A stretch of DNA of 63,292 nucleotides, the filler included, from Octopus bimaculoides (Eukaryota): the NCBI RefSeq assembly GCF_001194135.2. It is 4 parts of 4 records of this genome, joined end to end, with 100 filler letters (N's around TTAATTAATTAA, not from the genome) between each part and the next. Parts side by side here need not be neighbours in the genome. Positions count along the whole stretch, not along the records: positions 1 to 25,010 come from NC_068984.1; 3 more parts are not named here. One strand, 5' to 3'. Below, piece by piece: positions 12,757 to 25,110 of this stretch. The translations under genes were made by a program, and so were the position numbers. Each line of letters begins with the position of its first letter. The first letter of the stretch is position 1. The notes below the pieces were generated by a model. The model was not told the DNA's origin. It searched no databases and was given only the letters and a program-made list of their open reading frames with translations.

Positions 12757-13250
12757 GGCTCGGGTCAAACACTATAGTTTAAAGGACATGGACTGACAAT
12801 GTGAATTTTCCGAGTTCTCTCCCCACCCCACTTTCGTGAGCCTGCTTTTTGTTTTCATATTCGTTCAGAGCAAGTTGTTTTACATCTATTACACTATTTT
12901 CTTTTGTTTTTTGGCTCTGGTGAGGTGACTTAGAACATTCACGATGTGAATGTTCCGAGTCCTCTCCCCACCCCCACTTTCGCGAGCACGCATTTTTTTT
13001 TTCATATTTGTTCAGAGCAAGTTGTTTTACACCTATTACACAATTTTTCTTTTGTTTTTGTGCTCGGGTCAAACACTATAGTTTAGAGGCCATGGACTGA
13101 CGATGTGTAACAATGTGAACGTTCCGAGTCTTCTCCCCACCCCACCCCTTTTGCGAGTGCGCATTTTCTTTTTATAGTCGTTCAGAGCAAATTGTTTTAC
13201 ATCTATTACATGATTTTTCTTTTGTTTCTTGGCTCTTCTTTCTCTGTTCA
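12757..13250 (-). repeat. Three tandem copies of the about 165-bp unit, including a gaacattcac-gat-gtgaatgttc hairpin
   Basis: Reverse complement of the 5528-6225 array. Confidence 0.8.
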
Positions 13251-13837
13251 TTCAGATAAGCTGTAGAAATTGTTGCAAGCACACACAAACACAAAAGTTC
13301 TCTAGACATTTAGCTGTTATTTTTAGCATATTGAGTTTCGTGGTGAGCTGGGCCGGCCTTAAGCTGATTGGACTGATCGCTCTCAGTCGGGACTCATGCT
13401 CAAGAGGCCACATTCTATACTGCAACATTTTATAAAGGTGATCTTCGGGAAATCTTTTAAAATAATCTAAAACATACTTTCTACGCAAGATATCAAAAGT
13501 GTAGCGTGATGGAGGAAAAAGACAACAGACAAAAAAGCAAAAGGGAGAAAGAAATACAGAGACTTTACCTGTTGACCGTGGCGGGATGAGCGATCACTGA
13601 CCAGATAAAAACACGACCTTTCACATGCACCGGCTCTCATCGAACTCGCCGCATGTGCTTTGTGCCCACGCATGCCCCCGTGGCTCTTCCGCCAGTCGCT
13701 GCAGTCTTCATTTCCATTTGCTTCATCTGCAATCCTCTCCACTAACACCACATAGCTCATCACAGCCCATAACACCACAAACACCAAAAAAAGATAAACC
13801 CATTCGTCCAAAACTGCTTGGATCAGCTGTTGAATAG

Positions 13838-13998
13838 GTAAATTTTCAGATTAACACCCACACGATTTTCACTAGGGTGTTAGGGTTAGGGTTTTAGGGT
13901 TAGAGTTAGGGTTAGGGGTTAGGGTTAGGGTTAGGGACGGAATTCCCTAACCCTAACACCCTAGTGAAAATCGTGCAGGTGTTAATCTGAAAATTTAC
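13838..13998. mobile_element. 161-bp MITE with about 54-bp TIRs ending in telomeric repeats; 9-bp TSD (Mutator-like)
   Basis: gtaaattttcagattaacacc..cacgattttcactagggtgttagggttaggg and a near-perfect reverse complement; flanks gttgaatag / gttgaatat. Confidence 0.8.
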
Positions 13999-14254
13999 GT
14001 TGAATATGAAGAAATGTATTGTATTTTTAGTGTAAGGGTCAATATGTATGTTTGCATGTGAATGTTTGTGAGTGTTTATGGAGATGTTTGAGTAAAATAT
14101 TTGTGCGTCTGTAAGAGTACGTATGCAGATGAATTGTATGTATATATATGTGTGCATATGTTTGTGTGTGTCAGTTTCTATAAACATGTTTAATTTTGGG
14201 AAAACATTTTTATTTCAGTAAAGTCCATTTTATATATATATATATATATATATT

Positions 14255-14430
14255 CGCCATGATAGATCGCTGACCACTACATTTATATTTTTTTTCTCCT
14301 TGTTTCTTTCTGTGTTCCTTTCAGTTGAAGAGCGTAGGCTCGAAACGTCAAAGACTTTCTCTATTCCCGAGCATTAAACTAATACATCCATTTGTTGTTT
14401 ACACCACCTGTCTTCGTCTGTTGTTTTTTT
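14255..14430 (+). mobile_element. Putative PLE terminal repeat (family 2) with a hammerhead-like motif
   Basis: ccttt-cagttgaa-GAGC(gtag)GCTC-GAAACGTC-aaag; second copy on the minus strand at 42902-43075. Confidence 0.5.
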
Positions 14431-14445
14431 CTTAAATTCTCCCAT

Positions 14446-14497
<52 letters not shown>

Positions 14498-14905
14498 TTG
14501 TAATGGATCTTGCATGCATGAAGTGGATTCGATCCACCATAGCCAAATCTAAATTAACACTGCAACAGAACTTTTCCCACCGAGGAACAATGGTTTTTCT
14601 CTGACAGCAGTTTTACATTTTCCAGATGCATTTAGCTTAGGCCGAAATAATGTCTTCACCACTTGACCCTTTCTAACCCCTTCTACTTCACCAAAAGCTA
14701 CAATGAAGATAACAAGACCACCAACTAAATCTATTGTTCTCAACGATACGTTTATCCTTCTGGATAGTTTTAAAAGCAAGAAAACCCCAAGCAAAAACCA
14801 ATTAGTCACCAGTCGGTGACGACTCAATGAGAACGAAGTCTGGCTGACCAGCTAGAAACTTGGCCAGAGGGAGTAAAGAAGTTTACTGTCAGCAACTGTG
14901 AGACA

Positions 14906-15014
14906 ACGTCTCACACCCTACAACTCTCACTAGCTCTAATTCTGTTCTCTTACATCATCACGTCCTACACCCTACAACTCACATTAGCTCTAATTCTGTT
15001 CTCTTACAACATCA
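14906..15014 (+). repeat. About 54-bp tandem duplication
   Basis: acgtc..caccctacaactc..tagctctaattctgttctcttaca x2. Confidence 0.8.
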
Positions 15015-15585
15015 TTCTATCTCTCTCTGTAATTACTACTAAACAATGAAGAGGATACAAACACAAACTTTACTTCGCATGCTTTTGGATTTATCATAAC
15101 CTGCCCGTCGAGGCAAGGTATTGTAATGTAACGGTAAATAAATATTTCCTTAAAACTTCATGCATTGTTCATCTTTCGCATCCTACAATATGCAATTATA
15201 ACAAATTTTTATCGTCACAACTGCTGACTCCGACATTTCATATCATTGTGTACCTAATCAAATTTTACCCGTTACGACTGGTAACTACACAATCGTTACA
15301 TATATATGTATGTGTGTGTGTATATAAAATATGTTTGTATCTGTTTAATTTTGGGGATACTTTCTTTTGCTGCTTCACTATAAATCTGAAATTAAATTTG
15401 AAATTAAAATGTTCCCCCCATCCCATATTCTCCATATTTTTCCACGTAGATTGAAAAAAAACCTTGAAAAAAATTTATAATTTGGGGTAGGGAGGTGGAA
15501 TTAAACATTTTGAAAACGTAGTTTTTTGCATATTCGGAATCTCCGTCATCGAAAACGTTTTGGTGACCGGGCGCTAAACTAGATC

Positions 15586-15960
15586 TTGAAAGTTATGAAA
15601 AATGGATCGTGTGAACTTTCCGACAGTCTTCTTCCCACCCCTTCGGAAAACATTTTCCTCACAAATTTCTTTATAATCGTAATCTATGCTGTTTGAACGG
15701 TGTTTCTGTAAAATTTCATTAAAAAATATCCATTTTTCTGAAAGTTATGAGGGGGAAAAACGGATCGTGTGAATTTTCAGACAGTCTTCTCTCCACCCCT
15801 TCGGAAAAAAATTTTCTCCAGAAATGTCTTTATAATCGTAATTTGTGCAATTTGAACGGTATTTCTATAAAATTTCATCAATATATATCCATTTTCCTGG
15901 AAGTTATGAGGGGAAAAATCGGATCTTGTGAATTTTCCGAAAGTCCTCTCCTCACACCCA
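15586..15960 (+). repeat. About 155-bp tandem repeat (about 2.5 copies)
   Basis: gaaagttatga..ggatcgtgtgaattttc..cagtcttct..caccccttcggaaaa..tttataatcgtaat..tttgaacggt repeated; related copies at 25111-25330. Confidence 0.75.
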
Positions 15961-17899
15961 AGTTCGTTTGCGCAATTTATTTTTATATTCGTTTTCTACA
16001 CAGTTTTTAACACCTAGCAGGGGTTTTTTTTTTGTTTTGTTTTCGGTAACGGGAGTCAATCTTTATATTAACCATAAGATCACATATCCAAACCCATTGG
16101 ATTTGTAATCCGTTTAGTCTATGGAAAAATATCAATATAAGAATTTATACTTAATTAACATCTTGTCTCTCAGGCTTAAGCTATAATCATTTAGAGTCAG
16201 CTCGAGCGGACATGTAATCAAAACGATTCAAGTCATGACCATCCCGTCTTTTTATGAATATAGACTACACTGTCTGTCTGCTTCCCTTAATGGGTATAAT
16301 TTGAGGGAGATTTAACCTCTATTTCTAGCATTTCGAACAACTACATGACGCACACCAATGAAGAATGGCCAGCCTCAGTAAGAATCGGTTTGGTATGATG
16401 GAACTGAACATCAACTCCAACGAAGAATAAATACTTGCTCAACACTAGTCACCTCTGCGTGGTCACTCCAGCAAGTAGAAATAGCAGCCAAATTTCCGTT
16501 AAATTACATCCATTATCCTAAAGGGGAGGATACAGATAATGTAGGAGGGTCATGGTTAGAAACCTTTGATCATAAATGTCTGATCGATCGGGGCTGACTT
16601 GGGTCTAAATAGCAATAACTTAAGACAGAAAGCCAGAAGATAATTTGATATAAATTCAGATACTAATATCTTCTATCAACAAAATGGAATGTTTGCAATG
16701 TAGCCTGGAGACAGTATGGGTTTCAGACTGTCATCAGAAGCATTCGGGACGTAAGTGAATTAAAGCCGGTTTGTAACCTGACTCTACAACTTTCATCGCA
16801 ATCTATTTCGATAGTTGCAAATTATTTGCACAATGCAGCGGAATGTAAACAAACACCCACATCCTGCTCAGTTAAACTGAATAAAACAGTCGGTGCTTTC
16901 GTGTCTTCTGTTATAACGAATCAGAATTATATTTTGAACAAGAAGTGAGAAAAAATGATGAACTTACAAATAACAGTGTTAAAGAGATGGGTACGAAGAA
17001 AACAACGAACCAGTGTGGAAGTCGGGGTCTAGCAACAGTGATACTTTCCTTCTGAACCGCCATTATTATAATTGTTATTAATTAATAACTGTTTTTCATC
17101 CAACTTCCTCTGCTTAGCCTTCTTTTTGATAAAACACTTGACACAATTGCTGAAGAAGTTGTGATGTGATAAACGAGTGTTGACGTTTAATGTAGACTCC
17201 ACGAAAGATATAAATCTGTCAGTGAAATATATGCTACAAAGAGCTAATTTACTTGAAATAACTGCAGCATATTACAATACAAAGCAACCAAGACGATTAA
17301 GTTAGTGGAGATAGTTTCAACAATAGAATCGTGCTAAGAATGTAATGCACTAATTAATACAGGACACTTTAAAGTACGAAATATTTTCTATGGCATTTAT
17401 TTTCCACAAATTCAATAAGAAAACGGCAGTCAGCCGAGAATGGATGCGGTGGGGTTGTCTTTTCATAATTGTCATTTAAATTTTGGGGCTTTCACTAAGA
17501 CGAGTCGAACGGTATTATGACATGCCTATATAGAAGAATTAAGATCAGTGTGCGATGGTAGTCTTGGACCAGCCAATGTCCTGTGAATGGAATTGATTGG
17601 TAACTGAACGAAAGCTTATTTTGTGTGGGAGGGTGTATGTATGTGTATGTGAGTGGTGCTTGTCTAAGAAAAAATAAGAGAGGGAGGGGGAGAGAGATGT
17701 TTGTATTTACATTACATTCTGTAGTTTTATGCTTTTGAAATACCATATTTGAAAAACAAATAAGGATCAGCAACAAGAAAAGCATCCATCCATAAAATAC
17801 TGCCTTATATAAGTCTTCATTCAACCTTTGCTAGCCTAAAAAAAAAATGGGCATAAAATGAATCAGCAAACATAACTGGCTTATCATGACAGTTAATAT

Positions 17900-19620
17900 T
17901 CAAAACTTCATCCTCTCTGCTGTGAAACTTAACTGACTTTGATAATTTGTAACAATATCTGATTTTGAGACTTTATTGTTCAAGATGGATTTATGTACTT
18001 TGATCTCTTTTTCTCCAGAATTTTAAATGTAATCCCCTCTTCAGCTAATAGCCCATATAAAATGTAACTTAGATATCAAAAAGAGTAACCACTAATCAAA
18101 GTTCACATTACATTATTGTTACTCTGTCATCACATGAGCAATCCATCCTTACTCTATTGATTCAGATTTTGAAAAGATAACATGCCATAAACAATTGAAC
18201 TCTACACCACAAAACTGTTTAATTTATGGAACTATTGCATCAGAAAATTATTTCAGTTCTATAGTGTAAGGGTAATGACTGTGTTCAATATGCAGAAAAG
18301 GAGTAGATAGAAATTCCATACAGTGTAGCCAATGTAAACTATGGGCACATAAGAGGTGTAGTGGGGTCACACACAGACTAACAGAGAAGGTAAGTTCCTA
18401 TACAAAATACATTTCTTCAAATACTTAACAGGCTTACTTGAAGTGGATAATAGCTTATGTTATGTAGAAGACCAAACAAGCAGTGGAAGTGCCTACACAA
18501 GGTTCACAGTAGCCAAAGTAAGTACAGAGTGGAAAAACTTGTGTAAGCTATAATATTTGCTGCTAATAAAGGGTTTCATTCTCAGAATGAAGGACAGATT
18601 GTATGATGCTTGTGTATGAAGTGCAATATTGCATGGTAGTGTAGATGAAATATATCTGACAAATAGCTTCAGACCACCTAGAGAAACAATCAATACAGGT
18701 CAACAGATAGACATCATCTTGAACAAGTTGTGAGGGTACAACCATATCTATAGGCACGTATTGAAAACAAGCAACTGGTGTAGCAAAAGTTCTAAGGGGC
18801 ACTTTAGTATGCCAATGAACTTTAGCTTTCTGACAAGATATAAAATTTCTGGCCCATTTACAAACATAACTCTTCATTTCTAGCCAAATAAATGAGCTGA
18901 AATAGATTACTCCAATGCTGCAACTCCAGGGTGCCTCTGACAATATAGAGCAGAAAGAACTCGGTTGATGCTTAGCAGATACAAAAATTTGTTCTTGGAA
19001 ATATCACATCAAATATACATTGTAGTGGCAAGAGACAAAAGGAAGATAGTGTTGAGTTTAGCTGGAGCAATTAATCTGTTTGATGATCCACAGCAATTTT
19101 CTGTAGCTCAAGAGTGCAGAGTATTTATATGAGTAAGGGATAAAGCAAGACCTGCACAATTATCAGAACCCTTGATAAAAAAAAATATCATCAGTGAATT
19201 GTGATATAAAATCAAGATGCTTGATTTCTCTTGGTGAATGTTTATCTGGTTTAGATACCAGTGCAAGAGTCATGGTTTATGATTAGTCTAAATAACAAAA
19301 TTTCTCCCTTCCAGGAAATTAAATTGTTTAGCTGAAAGTATGCTGCCAATAATTTTCAACCAAAGGTATTGTAGCTAGTTTCAACACTTAGGCTTCTCAC
19401 TTCAGTATCACAGCCTACCATACTGCATAAAATGCAAGGGCCTGTTTGGAAAGATTGTGTCACCTTAAAAGGCATTAGCACTTACATGAATATGTACAAC
19501 TTGACCAGTTTGATTGGCTGGTGTGTAACCAGGTGACTTGAAATCTTCCCACCAAATAGTCTGCTGAAACCTTGTAGAAAAAATTCATTGGGTTATAAAA
19601 ACCTGGCAAATTTAACTCCA
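17900..19620 (-). mobile_element. Gypsy/Ty3 LTR-retrotransposon pol remnant (RNase H + integrase)
   Basis: FLEGRNFVI.TNHKP...KPDKHSPREIKHLDFISQFT (RNase H); CQKAKVHWHT..IDMV..YLLTCIDCFSRWSEAI (integrase); many stops. Confidence 0.85.
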
Positions 19621-20399
19621 GACAGAAGCATCTAAAAGCCACACAGAATCATGTCACTTTGCTATGTGAGATGATTTCTCCTTTTCTTCAACCATCATAG
19701 AAAACATCAGGTGTTACACAGAAATCTGTTGGTCAGCTTTGTGATAAGGTGTTCTCATATTTTTCTACTCTCGCCTTCTTTAATAACTACAAATATCATA
19801 TAAATCACTAAAATATTATTTATAAGACTTGTTATTATCAGATATGTATTCAAATAATTATTGTACAAATTTAAATGCAAATGTTTTGGATAACAAATTA
19901 TATAGAAATTTATCCAAATATAAGAGTAGTCATTCTTGCCTTTACACACAGCCAACCTAATATTGTGTACTACCAATAACAAATTAATAATTAAGGCCTA
20001 CACTAAACACATTTTGAAGTGGTGGTGGCGGCGGTCATTATTATGTCATTAATAATAAGCAATTGAGTAAGAAGCAGAATTCATAGACAAGAATGAGCAT
20101 AAAAATAGTTAGGTATTTCTATAAATTCATTATACTTAACTATTTATATCTTGCATTTGTACAAAGACATCTTATCTTACATATAATCAAATGCAATGTG
20201 ACCTGTCAATCATGATAGAGGGAAAGCAGAGTCATAAATTGTATGTACTTTATCAGTTTCACAAACGCATGTGCATACACATGCACGTGCGCACACACAG
20301 AGACACATATGCACAAAGACAAACACAGACATACATATATATATGAAATTAAATATTAAACACTTGTTTTCAAAATATTATCATTCACATAACATCATC

Positions 20400-20590
20400 A
20401 TCATCGTTTAACGTCCGCTTTCCATGCTAGCATGGGNNNNNNNNNNNNNNNNNNNNNNNNNNNNNNNNNNNNNNNNNNNNNNNNNNNNNNNNNNNNNNNN
20501 NNNNNNNNNNNNNNNNNNNNNNNNNNNNNNNNNNNNCATCTCTGCAGTGATTCCTGATGAGCCGGGGGCTTTCCCTGTCTTCATACACTT
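20400..20590 (-). mobile_element. Short RTE-like LINE fragment spanning a gap
   Basis: MKTGKAPGSSGITAEM motif typical of LINE ORF2 upstream of the RT domain. Confidence 0.5.
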
Positions 20591-20638
20591 AGTGAGCAAT
20601 AATATATACATACATGCATACATATATACATACATACA

Positions 20639-20672
<34 letters not shown>

Positions 20673-20889
20673 TATATATATATATATACTAGATATACTC
20701 GTGACCTGTTGTGTCACAAACACTCCAAGTTAAAAATGTCGATGCATGGTGAAGGAAAAAATACTATTTCGAACTTCAAGCAATAAAATTCTTAAATAAT
20801 ACAGTTCTAAATAATACAGTTCTCATGCCTTTGGTGTTACAACATAAACATAACCAAGTGTTTTTCCTTTGAAAACATTCAAATGACAT

Positions 20890-21470
20890 TTCAACATTTT
20901 TCCCTTGCTTTCTTCTTTGCCATTCTTTGTTACTACTGTTTCAAGTGAAATACATGGATACTTCAGCATAAAGTAATGTTTTTTGCAAAGTCATCATTGA
21001 TGCACAATGAAAAGAATTCTGTCAATGTTGTTCTCATATGTTGTTCATTGACAGCCATGTACATCCTCATTATTTATAAGCCATATTCTTTGTTCATCTG
21101 GTTGATGAACTTGCAGTCTCACTATTGCAGGTACTCTTTCATGAACTGAAAATCCTAAAATGGATGTAACTGCTTTTGGATGGTCCAATATACCTACTCA
21201 TTAGATAAAGACTAATTTCGTTATCATTGTTTATTTGAATGGCAGTTTGATCATTTCCTTTCAGTGTGTACTTGATGACATAATTTACCTCACTGAAGCA
21301 ACAATTTCAATGTTGCAGTGGGATTTGAATGTTTTTAAAAGAGTTCCGTTATAAGATACAACCCATTTGTTGTTGTTTGTTTTTCCATTCTTATGAGATT
21401 CAACTCACCCCATTGCAACTGATCTTCATCTATAATGAGATAGTCTCTCCGTCTGTTTTTCTGCCTTTTG
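20890..21470 (-). mobile_element. Helitron RepHel fragment (Rep region), degenerate
   Basis: NKWVVSYNGTLLKTFKSHCNIEIVASV..YVIKYTLKGNDQ..NEISLYLMSRYIGPSKAV..FSVHERVPAIVRLQVH across frameshifts. Confidence 0.8.
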
Positions 21471-22624
21471 ATTGAGATGATAAAAATTAATATTTTATTT
21501 TAAATAAAATATTAATTTTCCTCTTTAAAAAAAAATCAAGTACCCATGATTCAAAAAATATCTCATGAAACTATAAGGGAGAATTTCTATCTTTCAATGC
21601 ACAGCACTCAAAAATTGTATAAATGATTAAGGGAAGAAAAAAGAAAGTAAAAAAAAGGATGGGTAGTGGCAGCTGTGATGACTCTTTGAAGTGTCAACAT
21701 TTTCAACTTGATCTTTTTTCTTAAAGGGGGAAATGACTGTTTNNNNNNNNNNNNNNNNNNNNNNNNNNNNNNNNNNNNNNNNNNNNNNNNNNNNNNNNNN
21801 NNNNNNNNNNNNNNNNNNNNNNNNNNNNNNNNNNNNNNNNNNNNNNNNNNNNNNNNNNNNNNNNNNNNNNNNNNNNNNNNNNNNNNNNNNNNNNNNNNNN
21901 NNNNNNNNNNNNNNNNNNNNNNNNNNNNNNNNNNNNNNNNNNNNNNNNNNNNNNNNNNNNNNNNNNNNNNNNNNNNNNNNNNNNNNNNNNNNNNNNNNNN
22001 NNNNNNNNNNNNNNNNNNNNNNNNNNNNNNNNNNNNNNNNNNNNNNNNNNNNNNNNNNNNNNNNNNNNNNNNNNNNNNNNNNNNNNNNNNNNNNNNNNNN
22101 NNNNNNNNNNNNNNNNNNNNNNNNNNNNNNNNNNNNNNNNNNNNNNNNNNNNNNNNNNNNNNNNNNNNNNNNNNNNNNNNNNNNNNNNNNNNNNNNNNNN
22201 NNNNNNNNNNNNNNNNNNNNNNNNNNNNNNNNNNNNNNNNNNNNNNNNNNNNNNNNNNNNNNNNNNNNNNNNNNNNNNNNNNNNNNNNNNNNNNNNNNNN
22301 NNNNNNGGTGTGTGGTGTGGTGGTGTGTGGTGTGGTAGTGTTGGGATGTGGGGGAGGCGAGAGTGGGGAAAGCAAGGGTAGAGTGTGGGTTAGGCTGAGG
22401 GGGCTGTATGTGGGAGTGGGTATAAGGGATGGGTGAGGTGGGATGGATAAGGAAGGTGGGGTTGGATTGTGTAGGGGTGGGGTTACGAGGAAGGCATTAC
22501 GATGAAGGGAGAAGGTGGGTAGGAGTGAAGAGAAGAAGTAGGAGTTGGAGCAAGAGAGGAGAGGTGGGTTGGAGGAAGTAGGTATGAGAGGAAGAGAGGA
22601 GAGGGGAGGAGGGTTAGAAGAAGG

Positions 22625-23150
22625 GAGGAGAGTTGAGCCCATGTGGTGCAAAGGAGCAAAGAGAGAAGATTAATCCCTGTTCACGGCGCAAATGGCAGTC
22701 TGGATGGTTCCTGTGCAAGGACAACCCAAACACAGACAGGTGTTGCAAAGAGTGACTGGTAGTGCGGAAATGGCGCAAGACCAGGATGTCATTGCTGAGT
22801 CAGCCAAGTGGCGTCCTGTTTGCCCGATATATAGAGAAGGGCAGAGAGAGCAGGAGATGCACTAGATGACATTGCTAGAAGTGCAGGTAAAGAAGTCAGT
22901 GATATGATAGGGTCGATGATGGGTGCCGATGAGGAGAGTGGTGTTGGAGGGGTAAGAGCAAGTGCGGCAGTGTGGGTGGAAGCAGGAGAACGAGCCGGGT
23001 TGTGAGTTTGGGTTAGGGAAGAGGCTGTGGACCAAGAGGTGTCATAGGCTGTGGGCTTGTTTGAAGGAGGGGAGGGGTCGGACTGGAGTCACCGGAAGGC
23101 TCGGGGAATGGTGCATTGGAGAGGTAAGGTGGTAGGTGAGGGGAAGGTTC
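22625..23150 (-). mobile_element. PLE GIY-YIG endonuclease fragment (Neptune-like, Cys-rich)
   Basis: FFTCTSSNVI*CISCSLCPSLYIGQTGRHLAD..., ending in LFAPLHHMGST, similar to LGTLAPHGLN. Confidence 0.8.
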
Positions 23151-23610
23151 TTGCCCATCAGTGTATATATATTGCATGCTTCTTACAGTATTAAGAGTTC
23201 TTAAGTCTTTTTGTTTTGTAATGTGCTTTGGCACCCTCAGTCACAATTGTGACAATAAAATTTTTCCTTTATGATATTATATTGTGTCTAGTTGTTTATA
23301 TTAATATATAGTATACTCATGAGCGTTTCGCTAAATCAGCCATAAATTTTTATGATAAAAAATATATATACTAATTGCCAGATCTAGCCATGCCATCGAA
23401 TGTTTGAGTAGTCACTACTGACAAACTATAACTGATAGGCAAAATTAGTCTAGTCTAGTGATCCTAGAGATGCTCATGGGGTGGTTATCTCCCCTGTCAA
23501 TGTATTGCAAGCTTCTTATAGTATTAAGAGTTTTTAACTCATTTTTTCTTGCAGTATAGGTGATGATAAAATTTTTCCTTTATGATATATTGTGCCTAGC
23601 TGTTTGTATA
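23150..23610. repeat. Direct repeat pair (about 23150-23300 and 23490-23610)
   Basis: tattgca.gcttctta.agtattaagagtt...ataaaatttttcctttatgatat..attgtg.ctag.tgttt x2; adjoins the PLE fragment. Confidence 0.65.
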
Positions 23611-23624
23611 TATACATATATATA

Positions 23625-24950
23625 CACAGACATGTAGGAAGTAAATAGATACCTTTAATTTTCAATATGTTTTTTTTTAATACGCAAAGCAAACAATTAA
23701 AATGTAATCGATAGGTAGGACTACATACTTTAGTATTTAGTTGATATTCCCTTTGCAGTATTTAATTCAAAAACTCTTTTTGGCATTGAACTGATGAGCT
23801 TTGTGATTGTCTCTTGTGGAATTTCTGTCCACTTTTCACGCAACAATCAAAACAATTCATCTTTAGATTTAGGTTTCTGTTGAGTTTTTCGTATAACTCT
23901 ATCTAGTATGCTCCAAAGATTTTCAATTGGGTTCATGTCTGGAGATTGGCTCAGCCAAGGAAGCTTTTTGATCCCATTTTCAGTCAGCCATTGTTGATTA
24001 CTTTTTGTTTTGTGGCATAGAGCCCCATCTTCCATGAATAAAAACTCATTTTTCGTTATGTTATCATGTGAATATATCGGAAGTAGTCCTTGCTTAAGTA
24101 TTTTGATGTATTTTTCAGAGTTTATGGTTCCAACACATTCAATCAGCTCAGAATGACCATTGCTGGTGACAGCTCCCCATACCATTACAGAGATACCACC
24201 ATGTTTCACAGTTGGTTGGAGTCATTTCNNNNNNNNNNNNNNNNNNNNNNNNNNNNNNNNNNNNNNNNNNNNNNNNNNNNNNNNNNNNNNNNNNNNNNNN
24301 NNNNNNNNNNNNNNNNNNNNNNNNNNNNNNNNNNNNNNNNNNNNNNNNNNNNNNNNNNNNNNNNNNNNNNNNNNNNNNNNNNNNNNNNNNNNNNNNNNNN
24401 NNNNNNNNNNNNNNNNNNNNNNNNNNNNNNNNNNNNNNNNNNNNNNNNNNNNNNNNNNNNNNNNNNNNNNNNNNNNNNNNNNNNNNNNNNNNNNNNNNNN
24501 NNNNNNNNNNNNNNNNNNNNNNNNNNNNNNNNNNNNNNNNNNNNNNNNNNNNNNNNNNNNNNNNNNNNNNNNNNNNNNNNNNNNNNNNNNNNNNNNNNNN
24601 NNNNNNNNNNNNNNNNNNNNNNNNNNNNNNNCTTCTAGCTGTTTTGCAATGTCAGAAGCTTTCGAACGGGGTTCGTTTTCCACAATTCTCTTCAAACAGC
24701 GAAGCTTCCTTTCCGAAGGACCAGGTCGGCCGGGACGAGTATCTGTTGATTCTTTTCCTTGGCTTTTGAATTGCACTATAATTCTATTAACAGTAGCAAG
24801 AGGAATTTGAAGATTTTCAGCAATTTTTTGTTGGCTAAGACCAGCTTCAGATTGCCCAACAATATGAACTCTTTGAAAATTTGACAGTTCAGCTTAATTT
24901 GTTGTGCGTGGCATAGTTACTCTTTGCAAATGTTTAATATAATGGCACCT
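23625..24950 (-). mobile_element. Tc1-family DNA transposon (DD34E transposase), middle lost in a gap
   Basis: KHGGISVMVWG, FMEDGALCH-(34 aa)-NPIENLW, SPDMNPIE; N-terminal [12 protein letters not shown] paired-like region. Confidence 0.9.
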
Positions 24951-25054
24951 GGAAAGAAAAAGAATAATTACATTGTAAATTCTACACCGCTGAAAACATA
25001 TTAAGATACTNNNNNNNNNNNNNNNNNNNNNNNNNNNNNNNNNNNNNNNNNNNN

Positions 25055-25066
25055 TTAATTAATTAA
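25055..25066. other. Assembly scaffold pad TTAATTAATTAA inside an N run (also 47098-47109 and 59876-59887)
   Basis: Identical 12-mer with stops in all six frames, centred in about 100-nt N blocks. Confidence 0.9.
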
Positions 25067-25110
25067 NNNNNNNNNNNNNNNNNNNNNNNNNNNNNNNNNN
25101 NNNNNNNNNN

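Noticed and set aside
13640-13720. ShK-toxin-like spacing (C..W...M....C.RSC) in the candidate exon
   Set aside because: Only three of the six required cysteines are present
17495-17824. ORF with a transmembrane-like stretch (YGWMLFLLLILICF)
   Set aside because: The strong upstream acceptor gives in-frame stops; it abuts the Gypsy remnant; no partner exons
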